In this document: positions 50,501 through 62,721 of the stretch, one piece after another
How the letters are laid out: the number at the start of each line of letters is the position of its first letter
Position numbering within the stretch: the stretch's first letter is position 1
Source of the DNA: Moniliella sp. 'wahieum'
Lineage: Eukaryota
NCBI GenBank assembly: GCA_003971905.1
Contig: RSEE01000031.1
Coordinates: forward strand, 1 to 64,000
DNA length: 64,000 nucleotides
Reading direction: 5' to 3'
Position numbers and translations under genes: made by a program
Notes under the pieces: generated by a model
Databases searched by the model: none
Told to the model about the DNA's origin: nothing
The model's input: only the letters and a program-made list of their open reading frames with translations

Positions 50501-53500
50501 GGGGTTTAAAACTCTTGGATCTTGTCAGGCCTCAGGCGGGATGGGATGGATGGTCGTTTGCCCTGCACCCCACCCGCCCAGGTCTGCTCGCACCTTCCCC
50601 TCGTAGGATCCAGGATCCGTGCATGGGACGTTGGGTCCACGGGACACGGCACACTCCGATCCCTTGTCGGGGGGGGGGGCTGGACACCAGGCAGCGAACT
50701 TGCCGAGTACCGAGCATCGCGTGTCGATTATCTCCATAGGCCCAGGCTGAGCGCCACATGCTCCAAAGCCAGTATTACATGATCAAGATTGGGAGTGCCT
50801 AGCACAGGAGACACGATTGGATTTGAAATTGGAGCTTGGATTGTCTCTGTGGCGTGAGGATCACGCGTGAGGTGAGGCGTGAGGGTGGTGGATGGGCGGC
50901 ATAGTGCGTGGCCTAGCCACTGTTGCGCAAATAAGACGGGTGCGACATGGCGAACTGAGTAAGAAGACGGATGGATGATGCATGATGCATGATGGATGCG
51001 CACATGCATGCGCTGGCAGGCCAAGAAGCTTGTGTGACATGTGACATGTGACATGTGCATGTGACTGTGACACGGGACACTTGACACGTGATAGTGTGTG
51101 CGCGTGTCACACGTCACACATGCCAGCGTGACATGGATGACAGACAGCGAGGCGTGGCAGGGCGTGGCAAGGCAGGCGCTCTGGCGTGGCGTCCTGTGCC
51201 TACGTCACACACACTGCACCCATCCGATGGTCAGTGACTAGTGGCTAGTGACTAGTGATGCATGATGCGTGACGGTCTCGAGCTTCAAGCTTCAAGCTTC
51301 AAGCTTCAAGCCTTCCAGGTTCGTCAACCTTCAGGAGGTCGAAGATCGAAGGGTGTCAGATCTAACTCGGTTACGTGGTTATAAACTAGGCACTAGTTAC
51401 CAGTTGCTGCTTCGCGCTAACCGGTACCCAGACTGCAATCCTGAGATCAGAAATGATTGATGAGATCCAACAGACCACCCCCAGGCGCCAGTCGCCAGGT
51501 GCCAGTCCACACCAACTCCGACGTCGCACCGGTGGATGGATAGTGTTCCCAGTCGTGCCTGTGGCCTACACTGGCCTGCCCCGCTCCGGCGCACTCCGGG
51601 CTCCAGCAATTCGGAATGCATGCAAAGGCACGTGTCAGCAGGTCAGTACGCAGTACTTAACTCATCACATCAGCAATACGTGCCTCCCAGCACATGTCCG
51701 TCGCCGTGCAATTAATTTCCAAGCCGGTCGGTGCCGGTCGGTGCCGGTGGATGCCTGCGATGCGTGACCATCGGTCAGTGTGCGCATGCCGTGGGTCCTG
51801 ATAGAAAGAAACCGCCAGCCACGGTCCAAGTGAAAGGCGGTAAACGCGGCAAAGCGAACAAGGACCAAGCGAACAAGGACCCGAAGAGTAGGAAGGAAGG
51901 CGGAGCGCGTACGACCAATCGACCATGGAATGCTGATATTGATCAATCATGCACATGGTGATCGATGATCAGTAATCGACAATCGACAATCGACAATCGA
52001 TAATCCAAACGCGTGCTTGGCGCTTCAAACATGGCTTCTGCGTTTTCATTATCCAGGATCCGCTTTCAAACTGCAAGCATGGAGCTTTGCGCCTTGAGCG
52101 TCGACGGGAAGGAACCGTGTCCATGCATGTTAACATGGTAACGTTCAACCTTACTTCCAGCGTGAAACATGGGCAGGAACCGTAATGGTATACCCAGAGC
52201 GATCGTCGATCGACCCAGCTCGCCGCCGTGTAGCCACAGCCGTCCCTTGGCTGTAACATGTACCTTCGCTTTCACTTTATCGACATTATCGATTATCCAG
52301 CTTCAAGCTTCAACCTTCAACCTTCAACCTTCAACCTTTCCAAGATTCTGAAGGATATGTGGCTGGAGTAAGGAACACAGGGGTTTCATGCATATCATGG
52401 CAAACCTCTTTCACAACCGTGCGACCTCCTTCAAGCTTCAACCTTTATAGGCCTTGGAGCTTCAGGCCTCAGGCCCGTCAACGTCGTCAACCTTCAAGCT
52501 TCAAACTGAGAACTCAGAAATCACCCACCTAGCCCGCGGCCAGTCGAGGAGCGTCCGAAGACAAGCAGCACACAAGCGCATTGGCCTCTCTGTGCTTTGA
52601 TTTTCAGCTGAGCTGTCCCGAGAGACTCGATCTACCTTTTCCTACGCATGGCTCTCGAACGTCGCCACCCGGAACGACGCGACGCATTGTGACTTGTGAC
52701 TTGTGATGGATCGATTTGTACGTGATGCATGATGGTGCTTGGCCTCAAACGTCAAACGTCAAATGGTATGTGGTTGCGTTAACAGGTTCAACCACAACTG
52801 AAGACTGGAGCCTGTGCTCTGTCTCATGTCATCTGTCACATGTCACATGTCATCTGTCAGATATGTCAGTGGTCCTCAGATCCGTCAGTCCTGGATCCCT
52901 CTCGTTGTCGCCACACAAACTCAGTAAGGGAAAGGCTTCGAGTCGGGTGCGATAATAGAGGGAAGAGACCTGAGGCCTGCTGCATGATGAGGCTGGGGAC
53001 ATGGTGCTCTGGGTTACCCTGCCTAAGGCCTAGAGGCCTGTTCGGGAACGGGTAACCAACGATAACCGTCGCCGGTGACTGACTGACCCTCCAAACCGCT
53101 ATGCCGGACGAGATTCTGAGATCTGAGACCTCCTCACGCGGGAATCAAACGACCCTTTGAGCGCAACATAGGAAACCGTTCCAGATGGGGTATGCGGCCT
53201 GCGGTGGGACCGGTGGTCCCGCAACGGTAGTCGTTCTGAAGCGTCGTTCAAGGAGCTCAAGGCTTCAGCTGCAGGCCAGCGATTGACTAGCTCGATCCGA
53301 ACTGCATGCACCCCTTATACTCGCACTAATACTATGCTGGGACATACTACGAATTGCGCGCTAGTACCTGTTGCCCATCGCCCGTTGTCCGTTGTCCGTT
53401 GCGTATTGCCGGCTGATTACTCGTTGCTGCGGTCGCGATCCGACGCAATCCAACGCAACACCGATCTACATACTCTCGACACCTTTTTCGCCTTTTTGTA

Positions 53501-54699
53501 TGATGCACACCACCCCCACATGCCTATTACCGCATGGGCCATCAAGCTTCAAGCTTCAAGCTTCAAGTGTTCAAAGCATTCCACAATTCCACGTTGCGGT
53601 AACGTTCCGCAGCCACAACATATCCGTTGAACAAGTTAAACGTTAAAACATTGAGGGGCAAACGCCAAGCTACTCTTCACTGTGGCCCATGGGAGTGTCG
53701 TCATCCAACGCCACTCTAAGATCTAATACGATGAAAAAAGGGAGAGGTATATGTAGCTGTCCGCGCTCTACACAACCAAATCCAAAGAACTCTCTCAGGC
53801 TCTGAAGCATGTGGCCCGAGTCCCTCGGCACCAATTCTGCAAAAAGTATCCGAAACCAGTAACCGGTAAACGTATCTTTCCCACCAACTAACTCCTCTCT
53901 TTCTCTATACTAGACGTAGTAACTCCTACCCCATGTGACATGTGACTGATGACCGAGGCGAGATCCAATTCTCTCATCCTTACTGGTCCATTCATTTCCG
54001 CCTTCCTCCTGCCCTTCTGTATCCACCACTGCATGGTGACTCACGCGCTCTCACGGTGGGAGAAGAAGAGGGAAGGCCGGGGGTTGATCGATGATTGATG
54101 ATGACAGGACGAGCCAAGTCTCCCCTTTTCTCTCCTTTTCTCTTTGCGAGATATCCAAGATTTCCACAATTTCGACTTTCACCACATCCAGGGGGGGGGG
54201 GTGACGCTCAGTCTGAGATCGAAGTTCCAAGCTCCAAGCTCCCGCGCGGCCTGATAGTCGTTCAAGTCGCCCTGCCTTCCTCTCGGATGTCTTCCTGCAC
54301 TAGACAGTACCGTATGGTATCGTACCGTATGGTATCGTACAGGGATAGATGAACTGAGCATCCTCGACCCCACTCACGCGGACCTTGATGATCTAATGTC
54401 CGCTTTTGATCCCCCGTTTCAGGATCTCAGGTCTCATTTCCAACTGTCCCATGTCCCTGGTGAATTGGGCCGACAAAGTGGGACAGAGGCGGGTACATAT
54501 ATATCTTTCCTGGTGCGCTTCATATGTTGGAATGAAGTAATCCGGTCCAGCAACGTACATGGGCACAAACGGAAGCCGCACAGGCGGGAAAAGCGAACCG
54601 GGTAAGCTCGGCGTTTCGTATTTGTCCCTACTGCCCTGAAAGTGGCAAATTCAATGGGTAATGGATCAACACAAAAGACAAACAAAATGGGATATGAAA

Positions 54700-56800
54700 G
54701 TGTACGATGGCATCACCCGCCAGGGACGCCTCTTACTATGGCGGCTCAGCACTCAGACCAAGCTGCGCCACCTGCTCCGCACCATGCAGATGGAAGGAGA
54801 GCTAGACGACGTGCTGGCCGAGATTGATGCCTTCATCTGTACGGAGTTCAGACGGATCCGGGGCGACGAGGATCCCCAAGGTGCCAAGGACGACCACTTC
54901 GACATGCTCATAAGCCTGCCTCTTCGGCTGGGAGGATGTGGCAGCCCGCTTTACTCGTATATCGCGCCCCACGCCCGTGCCGCGGCCAACGAGGTCAACG
55001 ATTATCTTATTACCACTTATGTTGATCGTTCGGGACGGCAAACGGCAAGGGCCAACGCATTTACGAAGCAACGCCAGCGCTGCCGCGAGATGTGGGAGCA
55101 AAGTCGACAGGAGCTGCTCCAGAAGCTGGACGCTGTCGAAGGTCGCCATGTGGTTGAGCACAGCAACCCGCTGAGTCACAACTGGCTCTCCGCCATTCCA
55201 TCCGTCCCGTACCTCAAGCTCTCTGACCAGCAGGTCCAGGTTGGTCTCCAGCTCCGCACGCTGTGCCGCACCACGCGCAGCATGTGCAAGTGCGGCGTCA
55301 TGTCCTCGCTGGAACACATCATGTCCTGCACCCGCACCCAGGCCAAGTTTGGTGCGTTGCATAAGGCAGTGCGGGAGCCCATTCTCCAGCTCCTACGCTC
55401 CATCCCCGACACCCACGTCCACAACGAACCTATGGTTCAGGAAGAGGATGGACGAGGCGCGGACGGAAGGCACAGCGCACCGATTACCGCGTGATGGGGC
55501 CCGGAGCACTGGGAGGAACCGGAATGGAGGTAGACCACACGCTGCGCGACACGGGATCGCAGGAGGCGCAGAGCGCGTACCGGCGGGTGGTGTATGAGAG
55601 CACTGCGTCGCCTTTGGAACGCCGGGAGAAGGAACTGCTTCGGCTGCTTGAACAAGCAGAATGCGACAAGAACGCCAAGTACCAGGGACGCACTCAAGAC
55701 CGTTTTTCCCCCTGGTTTTGACGACGCGAGGATACTACGGCACCAAGACGGCGGGCAAGTTGTTTGTGCATTGGAAGGAGTTGGCTACTAAGTCTCAGTG
55801 GAAATGGTTCCTCGCTCGTATGTCAACCACGTTCCTCCGTGTCCACACGCGCTTCCTAGGGTACGGGACCGGATGGTGAGAGCCGGAGGGTCCTGATATC
55901 CTGGCAATCCCCCTGGTTCCTTGACCTTAGTGGCGCTTCCAAACAACCCCCGCAAGATGAACGGTTCGGTTTAGACGTAGCGTTCCCCCTGTCCCAGCCT
56001 TAAGCTCTGTCAATGGAATGCACACAAAAGTGTACTCAGTCTGGTCCGTGATCAATCGATCACGAAACCAAACCTGAAAGGATCGAGAGAGACCAGTGAG
56101 GAATAGTGATTCGACTAGAGGGCAGTCCAAAAGAAAAAAAAGATCTGCAGCTCTTTGTGTACAACGATGCGAGGCGTTGCAGGCTTCTGGGAGGAAAAAT
56201 CTTCCCTCCTCGCCAAGGTCAAGTGGAGCGTTTTCACATGCAAAACGGTTTTGCAGATCCAATGGGCCCGGATTGCCTATAGCGTGGAAATTGTAGAGAG
56301 CGGTCACTATAAAGACTCAAGCTCGTTGGGGCCCTTACCTCACAATTACATTCACAGAGAGTACATACATGTGCGTGTAGCTACTAACAATAGCGCAAAG
56401 CGGGGCTAGGGGCGTAGAAAATGCCAGGGTAGTTGGCACGAACGAGTAAGTATTCCCAGTAGGGGATATGAGCTTCATTGGGGGTAGTATGCCAGTGGAT
56501 GGTTCCTTGCATCACGAGATTGGCATAAGGAATTGAAAAGAAGGGAGACCGGGGACCGTAGGCTTCTTGGCCCGCTTTTGACCATAGCAATCACAGTCCA
56601 GAAAAATAACAAAATTAACTAGAGTATCCTTCTGGCCGTACAGCGTTTTGGGGGGGGCTGAGGTTGAAGAGAGGTAGGCATGGGAGAGTAGGACTGAGCC
56701 CATAGTATATGGGCAAGCGAAGTAAGATCTGAGAAGGGCAGATGGGGCAATAAAACGATGTAATGGTCATTGGGTGCGATGGTTGTGTAATGGTCATTGG
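54700..56800 (+). mobile_element. Copy A: 5'-truncated CRE/Cnl1-like RLE non-LTR retrotransposon (RT thumb, Zn knuckle, RLE; stop at 55879) plus 3' tail
   Basis: 'LLLWRLSTQTKLRHLLRT', 'LISLPLRLGGCG', 'WLSAIP', CCHC 'CKCGVMSSLEHIMSC', and RLE 'RTDYR..MEVD..EQAECDKNAKY..F.PLVLTTRG'. The RT catalytic core (YxDD) is not seen. Confidence 0.85.
55927..56770 (-). pseudogene. Antisense ORFx inside the retrotransposon 3' tail (~280 codons, disrupted; intact part 55927-56307); unknown product
   Basis: Overlapping minus ORFs 56615-56797, 56512-56703, 56384-56590 and 55927-56307. The C-terminal 'VCIPLTELKAGTGGTLRLN' recurs as 'VIVSLTELEAGATTSPKLN' at 41572-41630. Confidence 0.55.
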
Positions 56801-57749
56801 GTGCGATGGTTGTGAATTGAAGGCGAAACCCGCGGGCTCCGCTCTCTGTTATCGATTGATAGCAAAACTTCCTTCGACTGCCCCCGTCTTCCTCAGTCCG
56901 TTTGACTTCATGGATTCCAGTCAGTGCGCGCTGAGCTACTCACCTGCTCTTTGTGCTCACCCAACGGACCCCAACGCGTATATTTACAGCAGACTATTGG
57001 ATTATGGATCCCCAGCATCTATAAACCGTGGTCCGTATTGTTACTTTTGATAGTCTACAGGTGTTGGTGTCTGAACCGCCTGACGTGTCATGATGCCCAT
57101 GATGCCATCAATGACCAAGAAAAGTCTTTTCCCGGAAAAATCAGTAAGGCCTAGTCCCAGACTCAGGAATGCATGCAGCGAGGTGGACAATGGAGAAAGA
57201 CAACGTATAAAAACGGGTTGGCTGTGGGAAGAGAATTTTGTAACAGAGAATGTATATAGCCGCGTGCACCGCCCCACACCCTTATTGTCAACGCGCCCCC
57301 CCACCATGAACGTTGAACCCCGTCTCTATTTGTTCGGGCCAGGGCATCCAAGGTACTCACCATCTAGTTGGGTTGCTTCGGATGGGGAGTTTCACGAAGG
57401 ACGTTCTATCGGCAGACTGCGTCCGACATGGAGAACCCTTTTCGCCCCGTTCTATATCCCCCGGGAGAACTCTTTTTTCGCCCCGTTCTTTACCTCCATT
57501 GCTTCCCAGCCAGCTTTGGAGAAGGTGACAGACAGGGCTAAGCCCAGGACACTTTCTACACGTGATCGACGTGAATCAGTAGTCAGTCCTTCCTCGCCTT
57601 TTTACGACCTTTGACTTCTCTGACAGAAGGCACAAGCGTCACCACCCGTGCAGCGGAGATATTAACTGAAAAGTCACGGCGTGCCTTACCCTCAACCTGC
57701 GCAAGTAGGGGCTCATCATCATCCTAGATACTTGCGCGGAAAGTTGAGG

Positions 57750-59310
57750 ATTATGGCCGATCGTGCCACAGGCTTGGGGAACAAGGTGCATGAAAACTCA
57801 GCCAAGACGTGCCCGAGGTTGATTGTAGTACTCTCCCGGGAGGGCTGTTACTATGGAGGTACTACACTCAAAACCAAGCTGCGCCATCTGCTTTGCTTCA
57901 AGTAGATGGAGGCCGAGCTGGATGATGTGCTCAACGAGATTGATGCCTTCATCTGGCAGAAGTTCAGACGGATCCGGGGCGAGGAGGTCCCCCATCATCA
58001 AGATACGAAGGACGATCACTTCGACATGGTCATGAGCCTGTCTCTCCGGAAGAGAGGATGCGGCGGCCCGCTTTACTCGTATATTGCGCCCCACGCACGT
58101 GCTGCACCCCACGAGGTCAACGACGATCTCATTACCACTTCGTTGACCCCTCGGAAGTACCCGACGAAGGCAATTACGATGCAGCTCAAGCCTAGGAGAT
58201 GTGGAGAAGAGCCGACTGGAACTGCTCAAGAAACTCGACGATGCCAATCAAGGTGTTCGATGAAGAGCACAGCCATGTGCTCACCTACACTTGGTTCCTC
58301 AATTCCATCAACAGCGTGCCTGCGGCTCACTGACAAGTATAATATAGGTTCAAGTTGGTATCCAGGCGGAGCTCGGCACGCTGTGCCGCTCCACGCGCAG
58401 CATGTGCAAGTGGGGCGTCACGTCCTCACTAAGCACATCACATCAGGGATTTGCACCCGCACCAAGTCCACACGTTTGGTGCATTGCATGGGGCTGTGCG
58501 GAGGTCATTCCCCAGCTCGTGCGCTCCGTTCCCGACGCCTGCACCCACAATCCGCCGAGTGCGGCGGACGAGGATATGGGACCAGGCGTGGGAGGAAGAC
58601 AATGCGTACTGACACTCGATAGAAAGAGGAAGGAATAAAGGTGAATGACTCTGAAAGGTGCACCGAGCCAGTAGGACAATGTTCCCTAAGAATTAGCAGT
58701 AGGAACAATCAAACACGAAGATGGTCCACAGTATAATGTAGGCAGGGTCTCCGTCCTCAGCAAGAACATAAATACATGAGGGGAGAATCTCACAACGAGA
58801 ACGAGAGAGACGTCTGGATCTGGAAACGAACGTGCAGATCCGGCTGCTCAACTTCCACTTGTGCTCTATCCCCAAGACCAAAGACCAAGATTTGAGGTAG
58901 AATAAAGTCAGTAAGAGAAGGGACACAAAGCGCACGCACGGATCTCCTCAGCCGTACGGACTGAAGGGACTGGATCTTGGTCGGCCAGATTGAAGGAAGT
59001 ATGCTCTGTTTAGGCGCAAGGGAATAGGGGTTGGTTACGCGAGCCAGCCGGCAGTAACCCGTAACACGGATGGTCTGGGTAGCCACGATGGACCTAGTTT
59101 TGGTTTGGGGGGCGAGCTCTGGGATTGGGGTTAGAGAGGCAAAGATAGCGCATAGGCTCCGCCAGGCTTGCCTGTCCGTCTTCGCCCGTAACACTGAAGC
59201 TGATATACACGAGCACCGCGACGCTTTTGGAACACCGAGAGAATAAGGAGCCGATTCGGGTGAGCAGAATGCGACAGGGACGCTCTCAACAATCCGACCG
59301 TTCCGTTCGG
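57750..59310 (+). mobile_element. Copy B of the RLE retrotransposon, degenerate and interrupted at ~58680-59193
   Basis: 'MEAELDDVLNEIDAFIWQKFRRIRGE..KDDHFDM..GCGGPLYSYIAPHARAA' closely matches copy A. Homology resumes at ~59203 ('gagcaccgcgacgcttttggaacaccgagagaa..gcagaatgcgacagggacgc'). Confidence 0.8.
58680..59193. mobile_element. Possible solo LTR inserted in retrotransposon copy B
   Basis: About 510 bp of non-homologous sequence, TGTT...CCCGTAACA; no clear target-site duplication. Confidence 0.35.
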
Positions 59311-59432
59311 GCCATTCGAGACGGGTGTGGAGCTAGATACTAGGCAGAAAGTGAAGGAATTTTGAGATCAAAGCTCCATTTCAGACGCTGACTTATAGCT
59401 CTTGAATCAGAGTCTGAAGATGAAGGCAATCA

Positions 59433-59532
59433 GGTCGGATGGTCTAGCTGGTCATGACGTACGCTTCACATCCTGGAGCAACAGGTCTCGTTGAGACGCG
59501 TAAGGTCCCCGGTTCGATCCCGGGTTCGATCA
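59433..59532 (+). tRNA. tRNA-Val(CAC) with 26 nt intron (59471-59496)
   Basis: Acceptor GGTCGGA/TTCGATC+A; D arm GTCTAGCTGGTCATGAC; anticodon stem TACGC/GCGTA with TT-CAC-A; T arm CCCGG-TTCGATC-CCGGG; T6 Pol III terminator at 59534. Confidence 0.95.
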
Positions 59533-59982
59533 CTTTTTTACCTTGTCTTTTTGTGGACCCCCTCCTAGCGTCAATATTCAATTCAATAGGCCACATATGG
59601 CTGAGCTTGGGTGGGGCACCTATGTTTTCTCACCTTCACATTTGGTGTTATGGCTTACTATCAGGGGTCAAGCTGAAGGAAGGCACGCTGGGCCAAGGGA
59701 AGATATATAGAGGCAATAACAAGAAACGGACGTCCTGGCGTTGTGAAGCCCGTGCCACAGTCAAAGAAAACATGGAGGTAAGCAAGAAAGCCAGCCAAGG
59801 TAGAGCAGACCGACGGGTAAACAGGCCGTCAAGGAGTCGCATCCAGAAATTAACGCCAGTGCCCAAGGGAGAGGGGCAACGAGGAGGGAAAGAGAAGGAA
59901 GGGAATAGACCTTAAAGCGGTGGGGGGGAGAGGGGAGGGGGGAGAGGGGGGGGGGGGGGGCTTCGGAGGCAGCTTCCTAAAG

Positions 59983-60766
59983 TTAGGTGGCCAAATGTTC
60001 GGCACTGTCACCAGCTTCGGGGCCTTCGGCCACATCCGCAAGCGGCGGCGCAGTGTGCGGAATGTCGGTCGAGATGTCCCGGGCGGGGGAGTCAGTGGAC
60101 CGGCGAGCGCCGGCGTCACGCGAGCGCGAGCGGGAGAAGGAACGGAACAGCTTTGGAGAAAGAATGTGTCAGGAATGCGGTTCAGGCAGTACGGGTGAGG
60201 GTGGGGCCATAGAGAGAGAGAGAGAAAAAGAGGGGGGTGAGAAGGAGGGACATACTGATCCAACGGGTCCTTCCTTACGTCCGCGCTCAAGACTAGATCC
60301 GCGTCCACGCTCGAGGCTGCCGGAACCTTCATGGTGGAGGTTGCCTCGCCCACCACGGCCCGAGGGAGCGTAGTGCTGAGCTGGCTTCGGTGCGCTTGTA
60401 CTCCTCCTGCAGCTCTTGCTCGTGCAGTTCATCCTGCACGATGCGCGCCCGGTCCGCCGGGTCGCGCGAGGGAGAACGGACGTTGCCCACGCCGCCGCGG
60501 CCGGAGGAAACGACGGGGGGCGGGTGGTCGGATGCATACTGCTGCGCCGCTGTCACGTCGGCAGTGGACATAGAGGAGCTGTGCGAAGAGGATCGGATCT
60601 GGGGGGGGAGTCAGTGCTCTGCCTTACCCTTCTTTGCCTGGGCCGGCCAGCTGATGAGAATGGGGATAGGGGGACGTACGTTGCCAGCGCCGCCGCGGCC
60701 AGTAGCGACCGGGCGGCCGCGGGGCTCATCCTCCGCAGGGTGGTGGGAGCCGAGGCCGAGGACCAT
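59983..60766 (-). CDS. DUF3602 / Par32-like protein with GRGGxGN repeats (2 introns)
   Basis: 'TGRGGAGN', 'SGRGGVGNVRSPSRDP' and 'GRGGRGNL'; introns at ~60600-60680 and ~60149-60254. Confidence 0.85.
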
Positions 60767-61855
60767 GGTGGGTGTAGGGTGTGGGGGCAGGCGGGGGGGG
60801 GTGATGGTGGTGGAGAGAACGACAGCCGTCTGAGATGGCGAGGTGCAGGGGAGGGGCCAAAGCACCGAGCCAGGCACAATCAGGAGAGACTGCCCCGGTG
60901 CGAGCGAGGGCCATCTCCGTGCGCCCAGGGCAAGTGGCTGGACTAGTACGCCTCCTATTTGGACGAGCACACGGGGTAAGCGTATTGAACGGTGCGGGCG
61001 TCTGCTGGGCTTGGCTGGGCCTGGCAGGCACGGGCGAGCAATCTTAACCAACTCAGTCACGCGCGACTGGTCTGGATCGGAGTACACGACGCGCGCTTAT
61101 CGGGCCGAGCATCCCTCCACTCTGGCGCTGTGCAAGCCCCGACGGCCTGCTTGCTTCCGCCCAGCGGCTTGGCACGCACGATAAGCGCATCCACATTCCT
61201 CCTCTTCCGAGCTCGTCCTCGTCCCGCACCCAGCAATCGCTAGGGTTGGTGCAGCATGTCCGCACGGTGATACGCTGATGCATGATGCATGTGTTTCTTG
61301 ATTGCATGTCCCCTTTCCAATTTCATTAGTCATTCATCATTCATCATCGCAGCCCCAATCATCGTTCGTCGATCGACCATCGTCCATCGGCCACTCGACG
61401 TCTCTCTGCTCTCCAAATGCCAGCGTTGCATTGCGGCGCGCGCTCCTTCTATACAGCTCCAAGGCAAGCAGACGCCAGGCCCACCTCATCCACGGGGTGC
61501 CTTTTGCAGCGTGCATCCTGCCCACTTGTTCGGCGCTCCCCCATTGCCCAGAGCGCAAGATCCACAATCTCCCATGGCAGCACCCAGTACGTCCACCCAT
61601 CCGTCCATTCCAGCACTCCATCTCCACCCTGGCTGTCCATAAACTACATCTATGGTCCGCCGGCAGCCTGACGCAGGCACATGGTCCCGAGTAAAGGGGG
61701 ACTCGATCCAGAGTAGAGTTTTTTCAAGGGCACAAAGCCCAAGCCAACCCTCAGCGAAGCAGGGTACCGGATTGGGGAGGGGGGGCGGGCATCCTCGCGG
61801 CGGCGAAGACCCTGGATCCTGATCTCCAGCCATGAGGGACAAGCTATATGGCTCT

Positions 61856-62309
61856 TTAAGCAACGAGGGTCGAAGCCGTAGCCGACTCGTACTTGAAAGT
61901 AGGCGGCACGGCACCCTTGGCCTTGTAGTACCGGGTGAGACGGTGGATGCGCGACTCGATGAGAATCAAGCGGAACTTCGAGTCCATGTCCTTGCGGTTA
62001 CGCTCGAGGTGCTTGCGCACCGACACGGCCTTCTTGATGAGGTGGTAGAGGTCCTCGGGGATCTGGGGCGCCAGGCCTTCCGACTTGAGAATACGCAGGA
62101 TCTTGTTACCGGTAACAAAGCGGACCTGGGCAATGCCCTGCGAGTCACGCAGCTGCACGCCAATCTGCGACGGGGTAAGACCCTTACGCGCCAGCTTGAA
62201 GATCTGGTTCGCCACCTCCTCCGGGGTGGCCTTGAGCCGAGGGGGGCGAGCGCCTGTAAGGCAGTGCCGAGGACGAAATGCCCTTACCCTTACCGTACAT
62301 ACGACCCAT
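61856..62309 (-). CDS. RPS13: 40S ribosomal protein S13 (uS15), intronless, one indel near 62240
   Basis: [20 protein letters not shown]...[19 protein letters not shown]...[25 protein letters not shown]. Confidence 0.98.
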
Positions 62310-62721
62310 GGTGCCTGTTCACGCCATTCACGTCAGCTCTCCTGGGTCAATTTGGGTGGAGGGGAGCAAGAGCCCCCCCGCGTGTTAGAGTTGCTACACA
62401 CCTAGTTAGTCTTGTGTGGCGTCAACGGTGGTGAGTTGGCGATGGGAGCGGCAGCAGCCGTCCTGCGCTGAATCCAGCCCAAGGCGCACCTGGCTGCGGG
62501 AGGGCCGCTGGGCATAGTAGGGTTGGGTTCGAGCGCGGCTGCGGCAAGTGAGAAGTGCGTGGGGTGAAGAAGACTGGCGTGGTGCGAGGGTTGGAAAAAG
62601 AAATTCAGACAAGACTCGCCCCGTGCTGGGCCAAGCCCACTGGCTGGCTAGCGTCACGCTCGACTTTCTTCGTCCCCGTTGCCTGCCACCTGCGCTACAC
62701 TGCTACCTCACCGCCACCAAG
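62310..62721. promoter_or_regulatory. Bidirectional promoter of RPS13/RPS6
   Basis: 412 bp between divergent ATGs; contains TAGGGTT (62518), which resembles the Homol-E motif of fungal ribosomal protein promoters. Confidence 0.55.

Noticed and set aside
57090..57614. 174 aa plus-strand ORF as a third retrotransposon gene with a homologue at 42230-42460
   Set aside because: Only ~10 bp matches (ctatatcccc) and no convincing protein similarity; cannot be supported without an alignment.
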